A DNA stretch of 63,705 nucleotides, the filler included, from Sphacelaria rigidula (Eukaryota): NCBI GenBank assembly GCA_964200075.2. It is 5 parts of 5 records of this genome, joined end to end, with 100 filler letters (N's around TTAATTAATTAA, not from the genome) between each part and the next. Parts side by side here need not be neighbours in the genome. Positions count along the whole stretch, not along the records: positions 38,288 to 50,947 come from CAXNAA020003528.1; positions 51,048 to 63,705 come from CAXNAA020003529.1; 3 more parts are not named here. One strand, given 5' to 3'. A model generated the notes under the pieces. It was not told the origin of the DNA. It did no database searches and saw nothing but the letters and a program-made list of their open reading frames with translations. The first letter of the stretch is position 1; every line of letters begins with the position of its first letter. Shown here piece after piece: positions 48,436 through 59,899 of the stretch. The translations under genes and the position numbers were made by a program.

Positions 48436-50420
48436 GTCCACGGCCAACATGCGAGTGTGATTTTTTTTCCGCGTTGTATTTCCCTTCAGGCCTTTCATTC
48501 CCTCGGCGTGTTTTGTCCGCTCCTTAAACCATTCCCTCCGTGGCGCCCTGACTTGGACACCCCCATTGTGGCCGTCTCCCTTGCTTTCGGCCTGCTGTCG
48601 CAGGGGGAGTCTCTGAAAACTTGTGTCCCCGGAACCTGTTCCGGCAGGCGTGGACGGGAGTTAATAGTCCGCCTATTTGAAGGGGGTGGAAAGCGTGTCC
48701 GGTAGAACGGACAAGGAGCCGACAAAGGTGTCAAAGGAGGATTTCCATCGAAGGACTCTTCGCATGGTCGACATCCTGAGCAGATGCACTCATTTATTCG
48801 GTGATTCGTATAGCCTTGTCTATGATCAGAACAAGGTCTAATTACTTACTCCAATGGCTCCCCCCCAAGCAGGGCTTCAGAGGCTCCAACACAGGGCAGT
48901 TGTACAAACAGATATATACGTTGAGCGGAAGTAAGCTAATTTGCTCTCCTCACAAACACGGTATGTTACGCATTGAATAGCTATCCTCCTACCAATGATG
49001 ATAGGATCCAACCTCACACCCATATTTACATGCTTCCATACGTGTACTCGAGGTGGACTACCCTACAGTCGCCACGAATGGTTACAAGAGGGGGCGATAC
49101 ACCACAGTATACCCTCCTTCATGCAGCGCGGTATTTCCTTCGCTTCTCAATCCCGATTCCAGTACTCCGACCGTCCAATGGTCCCCCTCTTTGTGCGCAC
49201 GTCTTCACAGGGGAAGAAGCTGTACACGAGGCGGTCGATCTCGTCATGGAGCATATCAGGTGGGGAAGCCGCTCGTGCAAGGAAGACACAACCCATGGGG
49301 CGCGGAAATTGTGGGCGGACAACCGGTGCGTATTTGTGACGGACAGTTGCATTCCAGATTAGTAGTCAAGCATATTGAAGACATTTATCGCTCGTTGTGC
49401 AGTAGTCAGGGCACCCTCGGGGCGATACTAGCGCTGTGCTTGCAATATCGAAGAACACAGAATACACCAGTACTCTCACTGATTTATGATACTGCTGACA
49501 AATGTTACATCTAGCCGTCCTTGAGAGCAGCAACGGTTGTTCGAACGCGCTTCCTCCAGGGAAAAAAACATTCCCAAATCCAATCACACCACGCTTGTGT
49601 TGGATCTTTTGACGCACCAATGAGCCCACTTTGTCGTAAAATCGAACTCCCCCCTCCCTGTCGTAGCTGGTTAGACACCCATGAGGCAGTGTAAAAGCTG
49701 TGGCTGTCTCTGGACGTGGCGATACCACATAATGAAGCAACTCATTGTAGGCTGTCATCCAAAGATAATCAGTAGGCTTTGGGCCGAACAATCTTGACAG
49801 GATGCAGCTCACCCTTCATGCGACTCGCCGAGCACACCACGGCGCTTCGCGCTTGGTGGTTTGAGTGANNNNNNNCTTTGTAGGGATGCGAGGTCAATGG
49901 TCTGATGACTACAGTATGGCATGCATGATCATGAGTACACCCTATCGTAGCATGACTTCTACGGAGGAGATTTTGTACGGAGATTTTGAACGGAGATTTT
50001 GTACTGTGTTGACCGATTTGTTCCTTATTCCGCAGAGGCTAACGCTGCAAGTGATCGGCACCCTCCGCCGTTGAATATGTCTCTTCGGTGAGACGCAACG
50101 TGGTGTGAGACACCCAACATTCGTTGCGACTCACCGAAGAGATGTATGCAACGGCGGAGGATGTCGATCATGTGCAGAGTTAGTTCTCCGCTGGAAACAT
50201 CTTTGGCTCACATAGCACGGTATCTCCTTAGCTTGTCCATCCCCACTCGAAAGTTCCGATGGTCAGATGTTCCCTCCCTGCTTGCAGTTTCTAAATCACC
50301 GCGCTCTGCCTCTTGTTCCCTCCGTCTAGGGAACACTTCCCATCTCTGTTACATCATCCCCGATTCACAGAGGACGGGTACGCAGGTTAAGAACACTACC
50401 ATAAGTGGTTTCTATACGTC

Positions 50421-50947
50421 GTGGAGGGGTGGAGGCAAGTGTCGGCCCCCGCGCCCGCGTTAACAAGGAAAAGGCAGAGTCAAATTCAACACCCTGAAGG
50501 TGAACGAGGGAAAAAGGCAGCGACGCAGAAGTTTGATTCGTCGCACGACGCTGCTGATGTTGTTTCTGCGCCGCACGGCCTCTCCGGGGCGACGCATACT
50601 GCCCCGACGGTTGGTGAAGAGGCGAGCAGCGACGTCTTGGAGCAGGGCAGCTCCGAAACTTACCCGTCCACGACTACGTCATACGCTGCCGCACAAAGGA
50701 GGAACCTCTCCGGCTTCACCGAAGAAGTCTCACCCCGAGTTGATTCCAGCGGACGAAATGGCGACAGGGTTGAGGACCCCGGCAAGCCGTATGCGAAACG
50801 CGGCAATCGGGCGTTGAGGTCGGGGGAGACTGTAGATACTGTTAACTCAAGCGATGACGAGGAAATGGGGGCCGGGATTGCGGGCACGTCGGGCGCCCCA
50901 GACGGTGGGGATGCAGAAGATGAATCTGACAACCTTCGGCGAGTAGG
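50421..50947 (+). other. Open, disordered acidic coding-like segment truncated by the contig end
   Basis: More than 170 open codons rich in S/D/E/G/A; no recognisable domain. Confidence 0.35.
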
Positions 50948-51047
50948 NNNNNNNNNNNNNNNNNNNNNNNNNNNNNNNNNNNNNNNNNNNNTTAATTAAT
51001 TAANNNNNNNNNNNNNNNNNNNNNNNNNNNNNNNNNNNNNNNNNNNN
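50948..51047. other. Artificial contig linker
   Basis: Ns plus TTAATTAATTAA, 100 nt. Confidence 0.99.
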
Positions 51048-51116
51048 ATCGTGAGGAGCCTCTGAACCAGACAAAATTTCGCGAAAAAAGTGCACCCCTA
51101 CCGTGGCATTGCTCTT

Positions 51117-51530
51117 GGGTAGGGTAAATACCCTGGTATTTACTCTCCCGACTTTTGTGTTCCCATGGTGCGATCTCCAACCTCTATACCCAGATACTGG
51201 GTAGAGTTAGGTACAATCGTAATACTATACCCAATATCTGGGTATATGTTGAGTACAATCTCAGAACTTTATCAAGTTTTGGGTGCTTAGAGTACGATTT
51301 TCCAAGACACCCTGATCTAGAGTTCTTTAACTCAACGAACCCTTGCAACATTGCATACCCTGTGCTCGATGCAGCGCCTGCTACGACTTTCCCGCCTTTT
51401 GTTTTGCGAAGGTCTTATCTCCACACTTTTACCCCAACATTGGGTACAGTTAGGTGTGACTGACACTCCACCTAATATCTTGGAGTTGTAGAGTACGATC
51501 TCAATACTATACCCAAGTTTTGTATACCGA
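51117..51530. repeat. Repeat with internal TACCCA/TGGGTA sub-repeats; related copy at 55157-55245 and 55640-55670, split by the SINE
   Basis: GTAGGGTAAATAC...TTTACTCTCCCGA-TTTTGTGTT-C-ATGG shared. Confidence 0.65.
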
Positions 51531-52478
51531 ACACGACGATTTTTCAAAATACCCAAACGGAGGAAATAGCCTACCCAACGAACACACCCTCGCTCGCTAC
51601 ACCCCGTTTCAGAGCTCAAGGTACAGCACCGGCCTCGAATTGGCCAGCCAGAGCTTTAACTCCCGTCAAGGACCTCGGCGATTGCCAGGGGAGCGACCGG
51701 CGCAACATTTCGCCCCCTACGCTAGAGGGTACCATCAGCTTGCATTTCCCGCTCAATATTGACATCCTTGTCGCATGGTCCGCGATCACCGAGCAAGCGA
51801 CGCTGCAACCCAGCATATTTCAATTTGCCACATGCGCTCGAGGTCGTGCCATGGCGAGGTCAACGGCAGTCGGGCAAGCAACTCTCGCACCCAGCAATTG
51901 CACACCCCCTGAGCTGTCGAGGGGTAGCATCAAACATACGCCTCCAACCAAGCGCACGGCAAATCAAGTCGGCGGCGTGTAAGTAAGCAGCTCTTTGAAC
52001 TCAGCAGTCGAGTCGCGCGAACATGCCGCCTCGACACGAGCGCATCTTCAACAAATGTAACCGTACCGGGGGAGAGATGGGTTGATCTCTTGAGACCACG
52101 GACTCATCCCGAGAAAGGGGAGGGGTTCAAAGTGCGAGGGGAGAAAAAAAAAAAAAGTCGCTGCGTCACCCCCCCATCACGGACGTACTACGGACTCAAA
52201 AATACAGTCTTCTCTCCCTCTCGCTGCGTGCATATCGCGAAGTACAGCGCTGTCCAAATCTAAAGCCGATAAAATGGGCGACAAAAAAGCGTGCAGGCCG
52301 GCTCCTGAAAACGCAAGCCCGGTAAATCTCAGCTCTCCCCCGTTGACTCCTCTGTTCGCTTTCTCTTGTCGGTAGTCGTCCTCTCTCCGGGTCTCGCTTG
52401 CCTGTTCCCAACGGGGCGGCGTGCACGTGAGCGGCGGGGAGGCACGGGAAATCAAGTATCCACATTTATTCCGAAAAA

Positions 52479-52733
52479 GAGCGATGCTACGGTAGGGGTG
52501 CACTTTTTTCGCGATTTTTTTTCTGGTTCAGGGGCTCCTGGCGCTTCTAGACGCTCAAGAATATGGGTCAGGGTGTCCCCGTTTGCAGATATACTCGGGG
52601 AATGCCCAGCACATTGGAATGGTAATCCTGGCGTACTTTCGCATATTTTTATAAGTCGTGTTTTGGGTGATGAAGGGCTTCTAACAATTCCAACCTCAGA
52701 AAATATTTGTGTACCCCTACCGTAGCACCACTC
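52479..52733. mobile_element. MITE with GAG termini (Sola-like), homolog of 26056-26312
   Basis: GAGCGATGCTACGGTAGGGGTGCAC ... GTACCCCTACCGTAGCACCACTC; flanks AAAA and AGAA match at 3 of 4 positions. Confidence 0.85.
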
Positions 52734-54090
52734 AGAAGTCTCGGGCAGCCAAATATACCCGACCAGACAAAAAAGTGTACGAGATGACCGGCAGGCAGTA
52801 CAGCCTGAATAATCACCAGACCTGAGCTATAATAATATCGTCGTTAGCCAAGCCTTTCAGAACAACTTGAAATTGGAGGCTGGAGAAAACGTTTTTATCT
52901 CGCTGAGCGTCAACCGTAACTGCTGACCTTGACTGGTCGACTGTCCCCACATCTATCTCGACACATGAACCCACCACCCACACCAAGGCGGGATGCAGGA
53001 GCGTAAACGACCAACAACGGCTACTAATAGAGAGTATCACGGCGGGCAACCGCAGAGCAGTCCGAAATTTGGCGCGCGAAGTCTCTTGAAAACATTTTGA
53101 TCCTTCAGAAGAGTTGAGCAGCGCCGTAAACCCGTACTTGAGACCCCTCAGAACAAACAGCACGGTACAGCAGCGCACAAAACACACATTCCCAGCAGCT
53201 CTATACCGTTGCAGCCGACGTTGGTGTAACCCACGGCTATCTCCTGAGAGTGGCGATGCCAGAAAATGGAGCAAGTCGTTCGAGGCTGTCATCCAAATGC
53301 AAGATAGTACGCTTCTGGCCCAGTACTCTTGGGAGAATACAGGCCATTCTTTATGCGACTCGCCACCATATTTATCACGGCACTTCGCGCTTGGTGCTCA
53401 ATTGCGAGCCTGGTCTGGCGAAAACCCGGCGTGCTTCGTCCCAGCTTTGTAGGGACACGAGGTCAATGTCCGTATGACTGTGACATGCAGTACCATGAGT
53501 GTAACCCCCCCCCCCCCCGCCCGCCCTCCTCGGGTGTTTCTCCCGCGCACTTCGAACATGATGTTCCGTGCATTCGTGGGACTGACCATGTTCCATACTA
53601 CTACGTTTATCGGTATCCTCTTCTTCACCGACTCTCCTCTCTCGGAAAAACAAAAACAAAAAAGCCCCGCTTTCGCACATTCAATTCAACCAACGTTGAC
53701 ACAATTTCCCGACCACATATGGTTACGACTCCACCCGAACCAAGCTTTTCTGGGGGGCCCACATGCCCTCTCTGAAACACGAGGTGAGCACCGGTAATCC
53801 TGAAGCTTGTGCGAATAAGGGTAAAAGTGACTGATTAATTGATAGATTGATTGATTGATTGATTGATTATCTCACATTGGCTGATTGCAGCAATCCAGCT
53901 CGTGGTCAGGAGCAGCAAAAAAAACAACAGAATATTAAAAGAGAATATTAAAAGAAAAAAAACGGAAGCAACGGCCTCAGAAAGGAAAGAAGAAAGGGAG
54001 CAGCGATAACAACAAACACAACACCACTCTACAGTACGGCTATCAATCTCCTTCTAGGCTGAACAAAGATTCGTACTTTGACACACGTAC

Positions 54091-54195
54091 CTCACATTGA
54101 CCATGTCTGGATCAGCGTGCCGTAGACAAAACGTGGGTCGTGGATCTCCCTTTTTACCACAGCGAGGCTGTGAGATGCATCCACGTGCGTAACAC
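54091..54195 (-). CDS. Internal exon encoding one EsV-1-7 cysteine-rich repeat
   Basis: aaccag|g-CYARGCISQPRCGKKGDPRPTFCLRHADPDMVNV-ag|gtacgt; 105 nt, phase 2 to 2; fits C-x4-C-x3-P-x2-G-x8-C-x2-H-x4-MVNV. Confidence 0.8.
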
Positions 54196-54963
54196 CTGGT
54201 TCGTACAGCGATAGGAGTCAAAGGGTCATGCATGCCACGGGGGTGGGGGGGGTACTCATAATCTTGCATGCCGTAACGATAAGACTGTTGACCTCGCATC
54301 CCTACAAAGCCAGGACGAGGCACGCAGGGTTTTCGCCGGACCGGGCTCGCAGTCAATTACCTAGTGCGAAGCGCCACGATGTATTCAGCGAGTCGCGTGA
54401 AGGGAGAGCTGTATCCTGCTCAGATTGTTCGGCCCGAAGCCTACTGACTATCGTGCACATGGATGACAGCCTCCACTGAGTTGCTTCGTTGTCTGGTATT
54501 GTAAGTTCCAGAGACCGACCGCCACAGATTTTCTCTGCCTCACGGATGTCTCAACATTCAAGCACCACGTACTTAGTATGATCATCTCCTTTGCGCGAAC
54601 TTGAGGTTCTTCCACCACGCACAAATATGATCTAGCTCGACCACAATCACATGCTCGACCAACAAAAAGCGAGCGAGCCAAAACAACGGTACGTAACCTG
54701 GTTGCCTAGCTGGGGGGGAGGGGGTTCAGATCTCAGACGCCACCCGGTTATTCGAAAAACTATCTTAAAAAATGTATGTATCTCCTCCTCCAGCATCAAC
54801 ACCGACTCGTTTAATCATAAGCGTGGGCAGAGGATACTAGCTGCCGAAACGAGATCGGTGATTTGGCAATACGTTTTTTTGCAGTACGTACCCCCGGGAA
54901 CAAACAACATATACGCTTGGTTTTCATGCCAGCAGACCTTAAAACCGCGATTATCTTGGAATC

Positions 54964-55138
54964 TTCCAAACCTTGGACAATACATGGTCAAAATATGCAA
55001 TAGACGAGAAGTGCACTGCATGAAGTATAGGCCATTGTAAATATTGCCGGCCGACAATAGTCGCAATAGGCCTATACTTTATGCAGTACGTTTTTTGTCT
55101 ATTGCATCTTTTGACCACATATTGTCCAAGGTGTGGAA
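54964..55138. repeat. Near-loopless palindrome of about 175 bp
   Basis: Arms CCTTGGACAATA...TGCAATAGAC...AAGTATAGGCC and GGCCTATACTT...GTCTATTGCA...TATTGTCCAAGG meet at CCGGCCG (about 55050). Confidence 0.9.
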
Positions 55139-55252
55139 TCTTCCTAAGGTGTGTTGAGTAGGGTAAATACTCTGGGTATTTACTCTCCCGAATTTTGTGT
55201 TGCGATGGCCCGATCTCAAAAATCTACCCAAATATTAGGCAGATTCAGGTGC

Positions 55253-55627
55253 CGGTCGCCCCGGTGGCTCAGTTGGTCACCTCGAAACCGTCTGACGGTT
55301 GGGTCGTGACTTTGAATCTTGGTGAAGTGACACGACCCAGGATTTTTTCTCACATCATGCCCAACAGTGGAGAACGGCGATGTCGTGGGTACAGAGGAGT
55401 TCGATCGCACGGTCGACGAGGGAAAGGGATCGCTGAACCCCTCTCGCGATAAAAAAAGCAGGGCAAGCACCGCAGAAGTAAGATGGAGTACTGAAAACAA
55501 AAGAAAAAATGAAAAACTCCTGTGTTGACCTTCCCCCTGTGTGACCCCAGCTGATGCGCCCACATATACCGAAAGGTGTAGACTGGCGTCCAGAATAATA
55601 GACGGAAGGACAACACACACACACAGG
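55253..55627 (+). mobile_element. tRNA-derived SINE, full-length copy
   Basis: A box TGGCTCAGTTGG, degenerate B box, (CA)n tail; flanks CAGGTGC (55246-55252) and CAGGTAC (55628-55634). Confidence 0.8.
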
Positions 55628-56239
55628 CAGGTACGATCGCATTACCCTACCCAATATCTGGGTATTAGAGAGTTTCGGAAACCAAAATGAGAACTTAGGG
55701 ATAGAAGCGAGAAACGACTGGATTGTTTAAGCTGAAACCTCAGGTTTGTTTTTATTTTTTTACCACGCAGGTGTGGAACGTGGCCAACTTTCCAGGGTTT
55801 AGTCTTTTCTGTGCCGAATGTCACGTGGTCGGTGTCATGAGTTGAAAATGTACAAGTCGCGCCGTGCTTTTCTGCCTTTGTACTCTGTGCCTGCCCATGC
55901 GCTGTTACCCGTACAGCGCGGGAGAGCATGTACCGAGCCGTGCTATACGACGGGTTGGGTGTTTGATTCCAGGGGAAAAAGACTCATAGATGTTCCGGAC
56001 AACCTGACGCATTCGCCGTGTGCTTTTATTTGGGGTAAAACGGCCTCAAGCAGTTCTGTATGGTTTAACGTTCTTTATCGGTAGCACGTGCGTTCTGGAG
56101 ATGGTTGCTCCTAAAATCGATTCGAAGTCGAATTTAGTGCAAGCAACGGCCCAAAATACTCCCCGTACTATCCCAGCATCACTTCACATGCTTGTGCTGT
56201 CCCCATCCCGTTGAATACGCGACAGCAGGATATTCGACT

Positions 56240-56445
56240 TCACGGTACACGAGGGGAAGGGATTGCTGAACCCCTCTCGCGATAAAATATAAAAGCAAGC
56301 ACCGCAGAAGAAAGGTAGAGTACTGTAAACAAACACATGAGGGAAAAGCCTACTCTGTGTTGACCTTCCTCCTGTGTGACCCCGACTGGTGCGCCCACAT
56401 ATACCGAAAGGTGTAGATCGGCGTCCAGAATAGATGGGGCGACAG
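56240..56445 (+). mobile_element. 5'-truncated copy of the same SINE
   Basis: GCTGAACCCCTCTCGCGATAAAA...GCGCCCACATATACCGAAAGGTGTAGA...GGCGTCCAGAATA; the head is absent. Confidence 0.8.
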
Positions 56446-56795
56446 CTCACATACACAGTATCGTAACCACGGCCTCCGGGTACGAACCCGGCGCAGTAGA
56501 CAGCGTTGGGCACACAGGCAGTGCACCTCGGCGCCCGCTAGTCAGTCACAAGTGCTGCACATGTCGGTGTCTGATACAGCACTATTAAGTTGAAACAGTT
56601 GAGGGTTGTACTACTACTGTTCTGCTGCACCGTCTGTAGACAGTTTTGTATACTTTCGGTAGGAAGTGTTCTGTACTGTACTACTGTCTGTAGTACAAGT
56701 GTGCACATGCCCATGTGTGTGCGTTTGCATACTTGTGAGAAAGTACAGTCGTTCTCGATGAAGGTTCACCACAAGCAGAAATCCTAGCTGCGAGA

Positions 56796-57055
56796 AGGCG
56801 AGAGGGGGAACAGAGACACCTGTCGACCTGGCTAAAGATGACGTGGAAGGGCTGAAGTGGGCTACTCATGCAGCCGCAATGAGAATCTCGACAAAATGGC
56901 CACCCAACGGTGGTGTGACTGCGCGAGCTAATGCAAGCTTCACGCTGGGTTGCCATTTCGTCAAGTCCTCATAGCAGCTGCTTGAGCGGCCGACTCCCAC
57001 CCTTTCGCATCATCATAAGCCAGGTCGACTGGAGTCTCGGCTCCCCCGTTCGCTT
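56796..57055. repeat. Imperfect inverted repeat with arms of about 115 bp
   Basis: GTCGACCTGGCT...AAATGGC-ACCCA mirrored by TGGGTTGCCATTT...AGCCAGGTCGAC. Confidence 0.8.
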
Positions 57056-59696
57056 CCAAGTGTTCCTCGTAGTTTTGGGTCACCCTTGTGATCGAGCTGC
57101 CATCACCAGTGCTGTCGCGAGCGTTCACGACATCCGCCACCGCCTCACTTATGATATTTTTCCTACGGCTGTGTTCTGTAACCTTGGTCGTTGTGGGGCA
57201 GGGTGTCTAGTTCCGTTTCATAGCCCTGAGTTTGGCATCAACGCTTTGGGGTGTACACCAACCCAGGGTTTTCTCGAAAAATTGAAAATTAATCCTGAGT
57301 TACTGCGCATGTTTCTTCTCAGGGTTCAGTTTTCAGGGTTTACCTAGGGGAGTTCGTCATATTCTGGTCTCAAATCCCAACTTTCTTAATAATCCCTGAG
57401 TTTTTCCTTATCCCTGAGTTCTGATTTGTGTTTCCTAAACTCTCTAGTGTTGGGGTTAGGGTCAGGGGCATGGTACCTGCAGGGACTGATCCGATTAGTT
57501 TTGAGAAACGTCGATCCTGAGGTATTTTGATCTACGGCGCGGTCCTCTAAGCACGCGGTCCTCTCACGCATTACAGTGTATCACAGTCGACATTATTTTT
57601 TCCACGGACTGGTGTGCTTTTTAGCAAATTGTCCCCCAATGTTTTTGTGCTGTACTTTTCAACATATATATACTTTTGTGCTACACAGAATGATTTTTTC
57701 ACAGAAATAGCCTTCTTCGCATGTAATTACGAGGACGAATGAAGGAGGAATTGTTCATCATTTTCATGCGTCGTTGTATGAGATACCACAGTACAGTAGT
57801 GCGGTATCGTGTGAACGTTCGTGGATTGATGTGATAACCCATTTTTGCCGATCTCCCCTTGAACACCTTGTCTCCCCTGCGTTGCTGGCGAGTCAACCCC
57901 TCACAGGAGAGACGAGTGACTGCTTCTCCACTCAGGCGGATGAACGTATGACGAAGGCCAACCCCGCGACGACGCAGGAAGTGACGAGCGAGACTCCGCG
58001 TTGGGGGCCAAAGCAATTATTATAGTGTGTACGACTGGATGGACAAGTAGTGCCCGGGGCAGCGGTCAAAAACGCTGGGCAAATTATGTTGCTGGTATTG
58101 TGACATGAGGCATTTTCGATTTGAGTTTGTCTTTCATTATGTTTGGATTTCAGCATCCCGAATTGAATTTTGGATGTGTCTCTGGACTTGAGTTTTTGAT
58201 TTTTGGTTCTTTGGATTCGACTCTTTGGTGTTGAAATTTTGATTTTGGGCGTGTGAATTGAATTGAGTTTTTTTGTAGATCATTTTTTCGCGGGTCGTTC
58301 CTTCAAAATAATTTCTACTTTCAGTGTTACATTTTTAGGACGTACAAAGTTTGTTGTATTCTGCATCGCTTTCGGGTAGGATGGATAAGGTACATGCGTA
58401 TGCCCCCAACTCGTTGATGCACTCCACTGATGCTGTCGACATCGCTCGTCGGTGGGGGGGAGGAGGTATCAACTCCGCCGACGACGTCGCCGACATTGTC
58501 AAAAACAAATCAGCACTCCCTCCTCCGCCAGCTCCTTCCGATCCACAGAGACAGATCACACCGACCGTCACCCCTCACATCCACCGTTTCCATGAGGTTC
58601 CGTCGCGCTGGCGCCGACGCTCCCGTTTACGTCGGCATGTGTGATGCATACTATGCTACCCGCCCCAAAAGCATGTTCGATCCATACCACGCTACCCGCC
58701 TCGAAACCATTTCGCCATCCGTACCAAGACAATTTCACCCACCATCTTCTACAATTCCCACCATGCGATGGCTGCCGCCGTTCACCGCCGTCATTCATTG
58801 CCTAGTGACAAATACCACTTCTACTCGCTACGCCGACAACGATGCCGTCTCGAGAACCACAACGCATTCCAAAACCTTCGCCGCACCATGGCTGCTGCCG
58901 TCCACCGTTGACACCTCGTCGCGACCGCCTTCCACAATTTTCCCCAGCGCCGCCGCCTCCCAGTGACTGCACCTTTTCCCACTATCCCCTCCACAACTGA
59001 ACGCCGAATTCGAAGCCTTTCCAGCCGACCACTGATACCACTGTGGTCATCATCGGAGCTAGGGGTTGCGGGGGGGAAATCGTGTAGAAGAATATTGGAG
59101 CTGGGGGGCGCGGGGGCGTAGTCCCCCGTGCAACAATGGATTGAAAACAGTAGTAGGCGCATGTTTTGATTGTTTTGCGTATGTGTTTCTTTTCGGTTCT
59201 AGCAACCTTCGATTTCGCAAGGAGTTTGAATGCAAATGAAGCCAAATGGCCCAAACTTTCAGCCTCCAACGGCGCCTCCAGCGAGGCTCCCTCACCAGCC
59301 GGGGGGGGGCGAGGGGGGCTCGCACAGGCGAACCTCGAGCGCCTTCGCGCCTCGGCTCGCCTGTGCTCGCTGCCCTCCCCCGATTGGATCGCGATTGAAC
59401 CGGTTTATCGGCTGCGTCGGTATCCGATGTTTAAAAGATCGGAAAACGTAGCCGATTCACAACCCTGGGGACTGCGTATTGTATGTCACGAGGGGACAGA
59501 GTATCCTGACATCGCTGATGAAGTCAAGGAAGAGTTATTTCTGATGGAAGACTGGCGTTTGATACTACCCCAGTATGAATTTTATTTGAGTCCGAATCGG
59601 AACTTGGACTGACACGGTAGTACTATCACGGTAAGATCGAGGAAGCTAAGCTGCTTTGCATTGGTTAAATAGTATGATTATCATTGATCGGATGTC

Positions 59697-59876
59697 AGGG
59701 GGGGCGAGATGTTGAACCTGAATGAAGATTGGTGACCATAGTATGAGATTGTATTTATCCGAGCAAGATAATCGAAATACAACATGCAATACGAGGGTTC
59801 AGAGTTCGAGCGTTGAATTTATCTTTATTGTAGGCGAGTTTTTGAAACTTGTTTGTTGGTAAGAAAGTTATTCACA
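59697..59876 (+). mobile_element. Possible PPT plus short LTR of a plus-strand retroelement remnant
   Basis: AGGGGGGGGCGAGA followed directly by TGTTGAA...TTCACA; degraded coding-like DNA lies upstream (58378-59612). No partner LTR was seen. Confidence 0.3.
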
Positions 59877-59899
59877 TGTTGGGTCCACGTCTTCCTTTT

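Noticed and set aside
36793..49790. One large Zisupton element linking the KDZ core with the CxC-like and Ulp1-like pieces
   Set aside because: The pieces lie on different contigs separated by an artificial linker, so adjacency is not evidence.
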